Assembly: GCA_934597165.1 (NCBI GenBank)
Contig: CAKTQP010000015.1
Location: 8,612-40,611 of the forward strand
Origin: an uncultured Oscillospiraceae bacterium
GTDB taxonomy: Bacteria > Bacillota > Clostridia > Oscillospirales > Oscillospiraceae
Direction: 5' to 3'
DNA length: 32,000 nt
Shown here: positions 30,826-32,000 of the stretch, piece by piece
Layout: each line of letters opens with the position of its first letter
Numbering within the stretch: position 1 is the first letter of the stretch
Made by a program: the position numbers and the translations under genes
The notes under the pieces: model-generated
The model's input: only the letters and a program-made list of their open reading frames with translations
The model's database searches: none
What the model was told of the DNA's origin: nothing

Positions 30826-31725
30826 ATGAAACGAGAGAACGGTCTGGTGTTTGCAAGCTACCTCATCTGGGGTCTGCTGCCTATCTTTTGGAAACAACTC
30901 AGCATGGTCAATTCCGCCTACGTCCTGGCTTCCCGCATCATCTGGTCGGCCATCTTCTGCGGCGCGCTGCTCCTCCTGCGTCACCGGTGGAGCGGGGTGA
31001 AGATGGCGCTGGCGGACAAGAAGGAAGCGCGGCTCATCTTCCTCTGTGCCATCCTCATCAGCATCAACTGGGGGCTGTACATCTTCTCCATCGCCATCGG
31101 CAAGGTGCTGGAGAGCAGCCTGGCCTACTACATGAGTCCCATCATCTCCGTGCTCATCGGCGCGGTCTTTTTCCGGGAAAAGCACGGCATCGTCCAGTGG
31201 CTGGCCATCGCCATCGCCGCCATCGGGGTGCTCATCGCGGTGGTCATGTACGGCAGCGTGCCTTGGCTGGCGCTGTGCATCGGTGCTTCCTTTGCGGTCT
31301 ATGGGGCGCTGAAAAAGAAGGTGAAGGAGGACGGGGAGACCTCTATCTTCCTGGAGACCCTCTTCATGGCGCCCTTCGCCCTGGCCTTCATGGTCTTCTC
31401 GGAGTGGAACGGCAACGGCGTCCTGGGCGTCCTCCACGGCTGGCAGTTTGTCCTGCTGCCCCTGACCGGTATCGTCACCTCGGTGCCCCTCATGCTCTTC
31501 GCCCAGGGCATCAAGCAGACTTCCATCACCCTCTCCGGTATTTTAATGTATATCAACCCCACCATGGTGCTCCTGCTGGGCGTCTTCCTGTACGGCGAGG
31601 CGTTCACCCGCACCAATCAGATCGTCTTCGCCTTCGTCTGGGCGGCGGTGCTGCTCTTTGTGGGGGACAGCCTGGTGCAGCATCATCGGGCGGCCAAGAA
31701 GTTGGAGGAAATGGTGGAACGCTGA
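30826..31725 (+). CDS. rarD: EamA-family transporter RarD
   Basis: 299 aa. GLVFASYLIWGLLPIFWKQL is a RarD-type N-terminus. There are 10 TM segments. RBS is AAAAGGGGAAAGAGAGA. Confidence 0.8.
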   Translation: MKRENGLVFASYLIWGLLPIFWKQLSMVNSAYVLASRIIWSAIFCGALLLLRHRWSGVKMALADKKEARLIFLCAILISINWGLYIFSIAIGKVLESSLAYYMSPIISVLIGAVFFREKHGIVQWLAIAIAAIGVLIAVVMYGSVPWLALCIGASFAVYGALKKKVKEDGETSIFLETLFMAPFALAFMVFSEWNGNGVLGVLHGWQFVLLPLTGIVTSVPLMLFAQGIKQTSITLSGILMYINPTMVLLLGVFLYGEAFTRTNQIVFAFVWAAVLLFVGDSLVQHHRAAKKLEEMVER

Positions 31726-31734
31726 CCTTTGACA

Positions 31735-31743
31735 TGGTATAAT
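31735..31743 (+). promoter_or_regulatory. Extended -10 element TGgTATAAT upstream of the tautomerase gene
   Basis: TGGTATAAT at 31735-31743. The -35 is poor. Confidence 0.4.
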
Positions 31744-31769
31744 GAGAAAAACCAGAAGGAGGGATGGAG

Positions 31770-32000
31770 ATGCCCCATATCGTAGTCAACGTGTGGCCGG
31801 GACGGAGCGACGAGGAAAAACGCGCCTTGGCCAACCGCATCGCCTTGGATGTGGCCGACCTGTTCAAAATGGACACGGAATATGTGTCGGTGGCCTATGA
31901 AGAGGTGCCGGAGGCGGAATGGGATGCCTTCTGCCAGCGGGAGATCGACGAGAAGCTGGATAAGGTATACAAAAAGCCGGGCGAACCGGCGGTCGAATAA
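31770..32000 (+). CDS. 4-oxalocrotonate tautomerase-family protein
   Basis: The start is set at ATG 31770 so that the protein begins MPHIVVNVW (catalytic Pro1 after Met removal). RBS is AAGGAGGG. The protein is 76 aa and the stop TAA lies at the window end. Confidence 0.8.
   Translation: MPHIVVNVWPGRSDEEKRALANRIALDVADLFKMDTEYVSVAYEEVPEAEWDAFCQREIDEKLDKVYKKPGEPAVE

Noticed and set aside
1-32000. Searched for CRISPR arrays, rRNA/tRNA genes, IS elements, integrases and phage genes
   Set aside because: I saw no regularly spaced direct repeats, no tRNA cloverleaf, and no transposase or recombinase-like translations in any frame. Apart from the two small pockets described above, the window is ordinary chromosomal backbone.

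Overview
This is a high-GC (roughly 60%) chromosomal segment. By inference it comes from a spore-forming Clostridia-type Firmicute, because it carries spoIIGA-sigE, Gram-positive style RBSs, and many long antisense shadow ORFs. I support 36 CDS. Most are housekeeping genes: mrnC, rqcH, a SEDS glycosyltransferase, tsaE-tsaB, upp, glmS, pyrC-pyrF-pyrK-pyrD, ygiQ, nth, rarA, hisC and spoIIGA-sigE. There are also transporters (DMT/EamA x3 including rarD, TauE/SafE, MATE) and a LysR regulator. I saw no rRNA, tRNA, CRISPR array, transposase or integrase. Two small pockets look non-core. (i) At 2.3-5.9 kb, two paralogous XRE HTH proteins each have an N-terminal membrane anchor. Each sits behind the same phased four-half-site GTTGC/GCAAC array, and they flank a membrane-GNAT-membrane operon and a lipoprotein gene. 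(ii) At 20.5-20.9 kb, a 29-codon hydrophobic ORF that is absent from the ORF track (Hol-Tox-like by recollection) faces a convergent consensus promoter. They share a terminator, and a C-rich 9-mer is complementary to the ORF's Shine-Dalgarno. This architecture fits a type I toxin/antisense-RNA antitoxin locus. Other items are an unlisted 57-aa ORF at 12302-12475, a train of hairpins downstream of the SEDS gene, a radical SAM protein with Cx4Cx2C spacing coupled to hisC, and a glmS leader with no recognisable glmS ribozyme. All family assignments come from reading the translations by eye. No database search was run.
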